From: Gracilinanus agilis
Taxonomy: Eukaryota
Direction of reading: 5' to 3'
DNA: 64,000 nucleotides
Assembly (NCBI RefSeq): GCF_016433145.1
Contig: NC_058131.1
Location: 291,075,486 to 291,139,485 of the forward strand
Shown one piece after another: positions 50,303 through 60,430 of the stretch (its first letter is position 1; each line of letters opens with the position of its first letter). The notes below the pieces were generated by a model. The model did not search any database and was not told the DNA's origin. It saw nothing but the letters and a program-made list of their open reading frames with translations. A program made the translations under genes and the position numbers.

Positions 50303-51347
50303 GTAAATCTAATTTTGTGGCTATCACAAAACAACTGGCCATCCGTTTTTGTAATATCCACCATGAAAAAAAAATCACTTTTACTGATTATGTCACTCTT
50401 CCAGGGCTCAGCCTTGGGCTAGGGGCCAGATAACTTTTAAAAACAATGTTGGCATCATGCAAATGCCCAGTAGTCCAAGTTCTTTTTGATTAGCAAGCCA
50501 AAGTTTAGCACCCAAGCATTTCTTCAGATCATATTGTATATTCCAAAGAAACAATTAGAGAAGTATATTCAACTTCCCTTTTGTTTAGGCCAGTGCTTTT
50601 GCTTTTAAAAACAAAACAAAAAGCCATCCTGAATTCATGGTTCTGCCTGACAATGACCTTTAGGGTAGAAACAGCTCTAGTAACTATTTGGTTGTTTGAA
50701 GTTCTCAATGAAGTCACAGCTTGTTTTGAGATATAGTTGTAGAAGGAACAATGACTTGAATCCTAGCTCAGATACTTCTGTAGACTTTACACATTTAGCA
50801 ATGGTTATAATATTTGTGTCAGCTTTATAGATTCTTATGAGAAAATGCCTCAAAAACATTGAAATAAAATTGATATTATTGTTATTCTGTGACAAATCCC
50901 CCTAAAATTTTGTTACTTTGGCAATGTAAAAATAAGAGACAAGGGCTCAGATCCTTTCTAGTTTTAAGTCCTTTGATAATTGTTAGAGTTTTATATCATG
51001 TAATATTTATTGAGTATTTTGATATAGTGGAAGGAACACTAGACTTGAAGTAAGAAGATGTGAGTTCTAGGCTTGGCCCTGCCATAACTCTGTTACCTTG
51101 TGCAGATTATGTACAGATTTATGTCTCTGGACCTCAGTTTCCTAATCTGTAAAATGATAAAGTTGGACTGTGTATGTTCAAGGAAGGTCCTTTCTGCTGC
51201 TAAATCTTGTGAACTCAGTTTTGCCTTTGCCTTAATATAGGACCTTTTGAGGGCAGCTAGTGGATAGACCACCAGGTCTGGAGGTTCAGATCTGGCCTCA
51301 GACACTTCTAGTTGTGTGAGGTGATGTGAGTCTGTACCTAGTTTTTT

Positions 51348-51544
51348 TTTTTTTAAACCCTTACCTTCCATCTTGAAATCAATATTGTGTATTGGTTCCA
51401 AGGCAAAAAAGTGGTAAGAGCTAGGCAATGGGGGTTAAGTGACTTGCCCAGGGTCACGCAGCTGGGAAGTGTATGAGGCCAGATTTGAACCCAGGACCTC
51501 CTGTTTTTAGGCCTGGCTCTCAATCCACTGAGCTACCCAGCCCT
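51348..51544 (-). mobile_element. SINE1_Mdo inserted into an oppositely oriented SINE1_Mdo (host ~51245-51640)
   Basis: 13-bp TSD TACCTAGTTTTTT at 51335-51347 and 51545-51557; the host SINE resumes afterwards. Confidence 0.8.
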
Positions 51545-51710
51545 TACCTAGTTTTTTAAGTCATTTAATTCCAGATGCCTAGCCCTTGCCATTCTTTTGT
51601 CTTAGAATTGGTACTAGGACAAAAGGTAAGATTAAAAATAAAATAACCTTTTGGTTTAAAGGCTCATGTTATTTCTTAATCATGTTGATGCTTATTTTCT
51701 CTCATTGCAG

Positions 51711-51817
51711 TTGGAAAACCAAAGAACCAGGTGGTTAGTGCTTGTCGAGATGCAATCCGGAGTAACAACCTCAACATGCTATTCAGGATAATGCGTGTGG
51801 GTACAGCTTCATCATAG
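51711..51817 (+). CDS. BBS2: BBS2 exon 17 (coding part, stop TAG)
   Basis: CATTGCAG|; (V)[34 protein letters not shown]. Confidence 0.96.
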
Positions 51818-52180
51818 GAGTGGTCAGAGGTGGTGAAATACTGTCAGCCGCTGGGAGTGGCAGAGTTTTTTCCTTTGGGCCCTTTCAAATTCACCTAAAG
51901 GATTGAACATTTAAGGAGACCTTGACATGCCACAATTATGAAAGGCAGGGTGATTCTGTGCCCAGGTTTCACTTGTAAAGCACTATTACTGAAAAAGTTT
52001 GCATTTCCTGCTTTTAATTCTCTTTTGGATTAATATAAGGTTGGTATATGGGGGTGTTTAAATCTGTAGGAATTAGTGTTTTTAAGCGTAACTGCTGCTT
52101 AAATATATAAAACTTTTTCTTCTTGAAATTGTATCTTTAAAAAACATTTAATAGCTTTTTTATAGTTATATCTAATTTTT

Positions 52181-52186
52181 ATTAAA
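52181..52186 (+). terminator. BBS2: Probable BBS2 polyadenylation signal (ATTAAA)
   Basis: ATTAAA ~365 nt after the stop codon in U-rich context, followed by GU-rich TTTGTGTGTTCTGGTT at ~52205. Confidence 0.55.
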
Positions 52187-52622
52187 ACTTAAAAACATTT
52201 GACCTTTGTGTGTTCTGGTTATTTGAAAATTGTAGTGCCTTTATTTCTAAGACTTAACATACCTTTGCTTCCATTATAGTTATTATTGTATTTTGGTTTG
52301 AACCTGTGATTTCATTGGTTTGGGGAACTCTCAGTGAGTTACCAGAGCAGATCAACAATTTGTCTGCAATTTAGATTCTTGGGGGGGGGGGGAGACATTC
52401 AGAAGCTAAGTGATTTATCCCACACAAACAGAATGTATCAGAGATGGGACTTGAACTCAGGTCTTCTTTCCTCTCTCTCTCCCTCCCTCCCTCCTTTCTT
52501 CTTTTCTTAGAGAGAGCTATATCTGTTACTCCAAGATGCCTTTCCACCCCCATTACCACCATATCTAGATCACTATTACTACTTTGCATCACTATTTCTG
52601 TTTCTTAGAGGAAAACCATATA

Positions 52623-53330
52623 CAGAAGGGTCCCCATATTTGCTGATTCAGTTACCCTTGGTTAACTATGGGGAAAAAATGGATTTAAGTGAGGCAGAGT
52701 TACATGAAGTTGTCATCCTCACTCTCTCTTCCAAAGTCATTCAAATCCAGTGTTAAAAAGGCAGGACAACTAGTGATGGGCCAGGATGCAGTGGATGACC
52801 TTGACTTCTTTGATGTCTGACCCAGCTCTAAGTACTCCATAGCACTTGCTTCAGCCACTTGTTGTTCTCATCCGCCCTTTCCACTGGGGAAGCCTTTATA
52901 TGCTGGATGGGTAGACACCCCACATGCTCACTGATGGGTTATCCTGAACCTGGTTTAGCCCCTCTGCCACCATGTTTACCAGAGTGTGGCCACTGCACAT
53001 GCTGTAGCTTCTTGGAGCCACAAGTGAATTGAATGCAGGTGGACACCAAAGGTAGATGAGCAGCTCTGAAAAGGGCTTGAGTAAGCCCTCACAGCAGAGG
53101 CTGTCCTCCCTGAATACTCATATACCCCGAGAGAGCACAGTACTGCATAATGTACAATGTTACTGTATTTAATTTTGGTAATGCCTTACTGTGCATTAAT
53201 AAGCTTTATTACATGTATATACAAGAATATCACTTCATGTATGGGTCCGGCAGGTATAGAGCCTGTATACATGGTTTCAGTCATCCACAGTAGGTCTTGA
53301 AATATCTCCTACAAATATGGGACCCTACTG
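52623..53330 (+). mobile_element. TcMar/Tigger-like MITE containing an RTE-derived insert (~52672-53118, minus)
   Basis: TIRs CAGAAGGGTCCCCATATTTG (52623-52642) and CAAATATGGGACCCTACTG (53312-53330); TA target at 52621-52622; right-hand TA displaced by the LTR. Confidence 0.7.
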
Positions 53331-53331
53331 T

Positions 53332-53738
53332 TGTGTTGTTTAAAATTATTCTAAGCCCTGGGAGACTGCGTCTCCAAGGACTCCCTGCTACAACTTCCCC
53401 CGACACCTCCCACTTCCTTTGTGGGAGGAATCAGAGAAAGTATAAAAGAGAGTTTTGGCATCGTTTGGGCCCTCAGCTCTTTCGACCCTGGAGACTCTCT
53501 TGGGCCTGAGCTCTCTCTCTCAGCGCCTTTTTCTGAGATCTACCTCCTATCTTCTCTAGATTTTCCTTTTCCTAACTAAATAAAAACCTAGCTATTTTAC
53601 AATAAGTGCTACCTGATCTTCATTGAGCTCTGAAGAGCTCAGGTCAATTTCCCCTACCAGGGCTGGGGGCTACCAACTGGGCTACCTTCCTTCCCCTATC
53701 CTACTTTCCTCCTTTCTCCTCCCTTCTCCCACCTCACA
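53332..53738 (+). mobile_element. Solo LTR (class I ERV type), 407 bp
   Basis: TG...CA ends; 4-bp TSD CTGT at 53328-53331 and 53739-53742; TATAAAA at 53441; AATAAA at 53579-53584. Confidence 0.9.
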
Positions 53739-53748
53739 CTGTATATGC

Positions 53749-54029
53749 CAGTGATGGTGAGCCTATGACACAGGTACCAAAGATGGCTCACAGAGCACTT
53801 TCTGTGGGCACTCAGCCACCCTCCACCTCCCCGCTTCCCCCAGAGTCCATTACTAGAAAGGGAGAGGGACTTGTATGGAGCTGCTCCCCTCCCCATCTCC
53901 ACCTAACCTGATGACATTTTTTTAATACACCCACCCCTCTGCCCAATAGCCCAATGGGAGTGCTTCCTCCCATGTGGGGTAAAGGCAGGGTGTGGCATGG
54001 CACAGTCTCTAAAAGATTTGCCATCACTG
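53749..54029 (+). mobile_element. hAT MITE, 281 bp
   Basis: TIRs CAGTGATGGTGAGCCT / AGATTTGCCATCACTG (12/16, mismatches all transitions); 8-bp TSD GTATATGC (53741-53748) vs GCACATGC (54030-54037). Confidence 0.8.
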
Positions 54030-54086
54030 GCACATGCATAAAGTTGTATATACATCTTTTCAACTGAAATCTGGTTTTAAGTGTAG

Positions 54087-55220
54087 TGTTGGAAATGGAA
54101 GGATAAATTTGGAGCTAGGAAAGAACATGGGATATGGATTACTAATACAGGAAGACCATTGTTACCAAAAGATTTGTATACCTATTCGTGTCAAGCCATC
54201 CACACAAAAGGTCAATTTGGTACACAAGCTGTTGTGTATTCCATCAAGAGACAATGGGTTGTTCCTGGAATAAGTACTGTTGCAAATAAGATCTGTAATA
54301 GTTGTTCAGTCTGCCAAAAGTTCAATCAAAGTGTATTCAGAAAGAAAGGTTTGGGTGGTAGGCCTTTAGCATATTGTCCATTTGAGAGTTTACAGATTGA
54401 TTATATATGTATGCCTAAAGCTGGAAGATACAAGTATTGTCTTGTGATAGTTGATAGACTAACTAAATGGCCTGTAGCTTTTCCATCAAATACCAACACA
54501 GCTAGTTTTGTGATGCAAGTGTTACTCAAGGAAATTGTGCCTAGATTTGGTGTACCTTTAACCATAGATTCGGATAAGGGATCTCTTTTCACTCAGGATA
54601 TCCTTAGAAGAGTCTATGAGAATCTAGGAATAACACCTAAATATCATGTTTCTTATCACCCACAGAGTTCAGGTCAAGTGGAGCGTATGAATAGGGAACT
54701 CAAGACTATGGTTGGGAAACTCTGTGCTGAAACTCATCTTAAATGGCCAGATATTCTTCCCATAGTTTTGTTTTACCTACATATGAGGCCAAGAGCAGAT
54801 CTAAATATATCATCGTATGAGATGCTCTTTGGACATGCTCTGCTACAAGCAAAGACTTGTAAGGCTGTTTATGCATCACTCTTAGGAGGTGATTGCCAAA
54901 TTGCTTCATATTTAAGTGCTTTACAGCAGAGGCTAAGAGAATTACAAGACATGGGAGTATTAACTCAATCTGGTCCATTGGATTATTCTCTTCATAATTT
55001 TCAACCAGGTGATATGGTCTGTGTGAGAAATTTTGCCAAAACATTGGCAACAGAACAAAATTGGGTAGGTCCTTATACAATTGATTTAGTTTCACCATCT
55101 TCTGTAAAAGTTTTAGGTAGAGATTCGTGGTATCATTGTTCACATATTAAATTAGCACATGGAATAGATAATGAAAATGTAGAGATTATTAATAATGAAG
55201 AAGAAGAAGAGATTGTGTAA
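54087..55220 (+). CDS. ERV integrase (open frame of 377 codons plus stop; C-terminal part of Pol)
   Basis: WKDKFGARKEHGIWITNTGRPLLPK...; Zn finger H-(Q for H)-C-C; catalytic QIDY, DSDKG and QVERMN with D(35)E spacing; GPY module WVGPYTI. No native start upstream of the catalytic core. Confidence 0.9.
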   Translation, partial: CWKWKDKFGARKEHGIWITNTGRPLLPKDLYTYSCQAIHTKGQFGTQAVVYSIKRQWVVPGISTVANKICNSCSVCQKFNQSVFRKKGLGGRPLAYCPFESLQIDYICMPKAGRYKYCLVIVDRLTKWPVAFPSNTNTASFVMQVLLKEIVPRFGVPLTIDSDKGSLFTQDILRRVYENLGITPKYHVSYHPQSSGQVERMNRELKTMVGKLCAETHLKWPDILPIVLFYLHMRPRADLNISSYEMLFGHALLQAKTCKAVYASLLGGDCQIASYLSALQQRLRELQDMGVLTQSGPLDYSLHNFQPGDMVCVRNFAKTLATEQNWVGPYTIDLVSPSSVKVLGRDSWYHCSHIKLAHGIDNENVEIINNEEEEEIV

Positions 55221-56647
55221 TTTGAGATCTTCAGTCAATGAGAGTCTGCAGTCAGAAAGTTCAGTAAGGAGAGGACCATTCCAGCAGAAGGGGACGTTCG
55301 GATGGAAGAGGACATGGATGGATAAAGAGGATTCAGGATTCAGGATTTGTGGACTTTGTATTAAGACTGATGAACTTTTGAATTGAACTGATAAAACTTC
55401 ATTTTCAAGGATTTTCTTAAAGAAGAGGATTAATCATGGACAATTTGGATTAAATGGTTTGGAAGTATTTTGGGTAATGTAAATAGTATCACTACAAACT
55501 CATATGCATCCAACATTGCATATAAAACTATCAAGAACTTTGATGGAGAATAGGGGAAGAGGAAAAAAGGAGTGAAGAGAAGATTTCCTTAAGGAATGGA
55601 ACATCACAAGAAGAAAGGAGATCTATCATACATACATCAGTAACATGTTGCAACACAATATAGCAAAGAAACAATATAACAAGTCAGATAAATATGACAC
55701 AAACATGTTATGATACATTGTGTTCCTTATGGGATGGAACAATGTATAATACTAACAAAATTAGAATTAGCTATAGGATAAGTAAGTACTAACAAAAGAT
55801 AGTTACTAACAAAGATTAGCTAGTTATTTAGGTAGATGTAGCTAGACTAACGTACTAATATCACTGGGGTAGTTTAGAATAGTTTAGTGAAATAGATATA
55901 GTATTAGATTAGATTAGAGGATATGATAAGGTACTAATGTACATTAAAGTGCAAATGCAACAAACATAACAAAATTGCATTACATGAAGAACATATACTA
56001 CAGATCACATATGAAATAATGTAAATAGCATGTATATATTATAAATTGTATTATAGTATAAGTATTGTATATATGTAAAGGGCGTAAACATGTATATTTG
56101 ATATGCATATATTATGCACACATATATGTACATGTGTATACCATGCATGTATATATGTCTGTATCATGCATATATGTGTATAACTAAATTCTGTGAATAC
56201 TTTGATATAATTGAGTTGCAAACATTTCGATGTAATTTGCATAAGTGGGTTTGTTGTTTTATTTTTGATGTAAACTTATGCAATGTTGTATTAAAATGTA
56301 TTTTTCAAAATTGTTTGCATTTATTACTTGGTAGGATATTTCTTTATTAGAATAGGAATTGCATTTGATGTTTGTTTTGACTTTTGTGTTATTTCATATT
56401 TGCTATTGATTTTGTTGGAAATTTTGCATTGTTACTTGTTGCTTTGTGCTTTGAGCTATGTAACTGTTCAATGTATTTATCCCTTTACCTTTCCTTGTTG
56501 AAATCTCTAGTGTAGGATAGAATAGGATAGTGTTAGATAGAATAGTTAGTGTAGGTTGTTTGTTTTTTTGGGTTAGAATTTTAGTTTAGTTTGTAGTGCA
56601 CAAATACTAAAATGTTGTTAATTTTGGCTTTGTGCAAAGGGGGGAAC

Positions 56648-57396
56648 TGTTGTGAGGAAGGTTATTATTTAGTTGTTATGTAGGAGACCTAGCAGGAAGG
56701 GCTGGAGAATTCCACATGGAATGGGGAAGCAGGAAGTGGCTTGCACTCTCTGAGAGGGACTCCACAGTGGTTGGGACAAGTAGTAACTGATTCTCTGGGA
56801 GACCTCAGAGCTAGTGGAGTTGTACCCTGATTCCCTGGGATCCTGGAGTGTGGTGAAGGTTGGAAGCAGAGGACATTTATCCTGCACAACAGCACTGAGT
56901 AGGGAGTGATCTGCGAACTGGTGGACAGCTTGTAAACTTCCTCTCCCTACTGGGCTGCTTTGGACCATCAGTTCTGGAGGAGTTGGTTCCTGGCATCCTG
57001 AAAACATCTCTGGACTCTACTGTGAGGATTCCCACTCCAGTCCTGTTATTCTCTGGGCCCTGCCTGGCTTAGATCTTAGATTAGTGTAGATAAGTCCCTC
57101 CCTTGACCCTGTGGTTTGCCCTTAGCGTGTTAGTGTAGAATCCCTTATTCCCATCCTTTATTATTGTTTCCCTCAATTAAACTGTTATAAACCTTGCCGG
57201 CTTCCATAAGCCTAGTCTTGTTACTGCAGAGTGACAGTTGGGCCCAAATGCCACCTCAGTAGTAGTCACCTCCTTGGCAGTAAAACCTGGTCTCCCTACC
57301 TTGTTTTGGTCCTGTCATCTGTCATTCCTGTCTCTCTTACCCCACTGTGAACCCACAAATAATAATAGTTAACATCCCTGGTAACCCTCCATTACA
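56648..57396 (+). mobile_element. 3' LTR of the truncated ERV (749 bp)
   Basis: Begins TG directly after the PPT; ATTAAA at ~57176-57181; ends CA at the direct-repeat junction. Confidence 0.85.
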
Positions 57397-58029
57397 GTAT
57401 GTACATCTTTTCAACTGAAATCTGGTTTTAAGTGTACAATTATGTGCTGTAATACACCAGCAAATTTATATGAAATGAGATTGGAGATGATTTGCCTTAT
57501 TAAATCATTAAGGCATTCAAAAATTGTTCTCTGAATTAAATTTAACAAGTTTAACCTTGAAGTTACATTAAACAGTGGACCTTCATAACTCTCCCTAGCC
57601 TAATGTCTCATTCATAAGCAATTTTGAGGGGAGTCAGTTTGCTACTTATATCAACTTAAATGATTCCAGTTGTTCACATCATCCAGATATTATTCTACTG
57701 CTCAAGCATGAACTTTTGGAGTAAGGACTTTTTATGAGTATACTTATAATTCTCTGAATTTCTGTTGCATATTTTCACTTACAGGTTGAAAGCACTTATT
57801 TTTCTCTCCTCTCTGAAATAGCTATCATCATGCCCATTTTACAGATGGAAAGGCATAGAAAGGTTAATTGATTTGTCTGAGGTTAGAACTTAACAAAATT
57901 AGGTCTTCTAATGTCCAGCCTTCTTTCTTCTTGACCTCATTTTTTTCAGGTTGGTTACTTCCTATCTCTAGTTGTAGCTAGTTTTGAGTGGCCCTGGATT
58001 TGAACTTTGGTTCTGCTACTTACTTCTCC

Positions 58030-59172
58030 TTTTTTCACAAGAAGGGAAGTTTATTAAATACAGTAGATTCAAAACCATGCAGAAACACCCCAACCTCAAA
58101 TGCATGACCATTTATACAAAATGCCTTTTGACTAGAGGTAAAGAAGCTGGAATTATTTATCCCTCCAGAATGAGACTACTTAAAGTGGTGATAGTTCTTG
58201 TACACTCTTCTTCTTCCACAATTCTATCCTGTAAGAATTGTCTTCCAGGCAATTTGAACAAATTTTGTGCAAATAGTGAATGCCTTTTCTGAGGAATCAG
58301 GTATAAATGTGATAGTCTTTTTATTCTCAAATAGTAGCAATTTCGATTTCCCAGTAATCTATATCAAAGAATTTTAAAAATTCATTTACCATGAGATAAG
58401 AAGTATCCATACTTGAAATGAAAGGTTTTAAACTGGGCAAACAAAATTCCTTGGCAATGTTTCTGTAGTATTTCTGGTTTGGATTTCTGACACTTTTCTT
58501 TCAGCTCTGTGATTGTGTTAAAAATCCACTTAGCTTGGCCATCATGGCCTCTCATTTCTTTTGTTCCATTATTTTGTTCCTGGATAACTCTGTCTAAGGA
58601 TAAGCCTCTGATAAAGATCACTGAATTTCTTTCTCATATCTAGAGTAAGTTCCTTCTCCTTTCTTTTCTCCTTCCTCTTTAGGTGTTTATGTATTCCTGG
58701 AATTTTTTTCTCAATTATTTTTCTGGACATATCCTTGGTGGTCAGTCCCAAAGATTTCTCCTCTGTAAATAGAAGTTTCTTCATTTTCTTTTATGTGCCT
58801 GTCCAAGATTTCCAGAAGCAACTTGATTTTCTTCCTGTAGCAAAGAGCAAGCACTGCAATGGGCTATTGTATATTGTACTCAAGTTCCTCTAATTTGGAG
58901 CAGGTCACACTGAGCAAGGTCTTGTTCTTGTTACAGAATAGCTTCTGGTCTTCCCTGTGTTGAGTCACACATGCCTTCTCCTTCTGGGTGCATCACATCA
59001 GCCTGGAGACCTCTCTCTTCTTGGAGAATTTCCAGCATGAAGATGAAGAGGCTTTGTTCATAAAACAAGATAAACAAAAAGTGTGTCCACATTTGATGGT
59101 AATTAGTTTAATGACTTCATTCCAGGAGATAACACAGAGAAGACCCTCTCATTGTTCCATATGAGCAGCCAA
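58030..59172 (-). pseudogene. Intronless TRIM-family (RING-B-box-coiled coil-SPRY) pseudogene
   Basis: Minus strand: MEQ*EGLLCVISWNEVIKLITIKCGHTFCLSCF (RING); CVTQHREDQKLFCNKNKTLLSVTCS (B-box); ITELKEKCQKSKPEILQ (coiled coil); DYWEIEI and EVGVFL (SPRY); multiple stops and frameshifts. Confidence 0.88.
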
Positions 59173-59414
59173 GATCCTTTGAAATCTTTTTCCTGAATGT
59201 CTGCCCCCTCCAGATTTCAGCTTGGGGCAGCAGTAAGCTGTCAGAGTAAGCACATCTTCCTACCCTTTTCAGACTCCCCTGTTTCTGTTGCCACTGTCCT
59301 GATAGTAACCACGGTTTGAGTCTTAGCCTCTTCCTTAATTCTTTTCACTCAATTCAAATGTCAGAGGATATTGCCTGCATCTTGTTCGTATCTCCAGAAC
59401 TTCTCTCGCACTGG

Positions 59415-60430
59415 CCAGTCAGTAAACATTTATTAAGCATCTACTACATACTTCAGTGCTGGGGATACAAAGAAAGGTAAAAATGGTCCCTGCCTTCAAG
59501 GAGCCCACAATTTTAATGAGAAAGATAGCAAGCAAATAACTATAAACAAAAAAGCTATATAGAGGACATATTGCAAATACCAAGCAGAGCGAATACAATA
59601 TGATTAAGAAGGATCAATAAAGGCTTCCTGTAGAAGTTGGAATTTTAGTTGAGATTTGAAGGAAGCTAGGAGGCAGGGATTCCAGGTATGGGTGGAGGGT
59701 GTGTGGAGGGAAGAAGCCAGTAAAAATGCCTAGAGTTGACAGATGAAGTCTCTTGTCCAAGGAACAGGTAAGGAGGCCAATTGATTGAAGAACACATGGT
59801 GGTATTGGGGTGAAAGTATAAGAACCCTGGGAAGTTGGGGTAAGGGCAGATTATGAAGGGCTTTGAAAAGGATTTAATTTTTTATCTTGGAGGCCATAGG
59901 GGGCCACTGGAATTTATTGTGCAAGGGGGGGTGACATTCAGATTTGTGCAGGGAGATCACTTTGACAGCTAACTGAAAGAAGAAATGTATTAGGGAGAGA
60001 CTTATGGCAGGCTGATCAACCAGCAAGAAATCCATAGCCCAGGCCAACAGTGAGGAGGGCCTGGACAAGAATGGTAACAGTGTTAGAAGATAGGGGAGTA
60101 TATGAAATGCTTTAAAGGGAGAATCAACAGGCCTTGACAAAAGATTAGTTATGGGGGTGGGTGGAGTGAATTGAGATTGATGCCTGCTTGCATTGTCAGC
60201 CTTCTGGACTGCCTTGCTAGTAAATGGGAAGTTTGGAATGGTGGAAGAGTCAGAGGCGAAAGGTGAGTTCATTGGACAAGTTGAGTTTTAAGATTTCTAT
60301 AGGACATCCAGTTTGCAATGTCTAATCGGCAGCTGGAAATACGAAACTTAGGAAGTTAGGGATATTGGATAGATTTTAGAATCATCAGCATAAAGAATGC
60401 TGAATCTACAGGAGCTGATATCACCCAAGT
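59415..60430 (-). mobile_element. L2 LINE 3' fragment
   Basis: AAACATTTATTAAGCATCTACTA...CCCTGCCTTCAAGGAGC is the L2 3' terminus in reverse orientation. Confidence 0.7.

Larger units (their letters stand above)
54086..57396 (+). mobile_element. 5'-truncated, env-less class I (gamma/epsilon-like) endogenous retrovirus: end of pol + 3' region + 3' LTR
   Basis: Integrase ORF; PPT AAAGGGGGGAAC at ~56636-56647; LTR TG at 56648 to CCATTACA at 57396; flanked by a 40-bp direct repeat. Confidence 0.92.

Noticed and set aside
53332-57396. Reading the 53332-53738 LTR as the 5' LTR of the integrase-bearing provirus
   Set aside because: The two LTRs differ in length (407 vs 749 bp) and sequence, the first has its own TSD, and a hAT MITE and the 40-bp repeat separate them.
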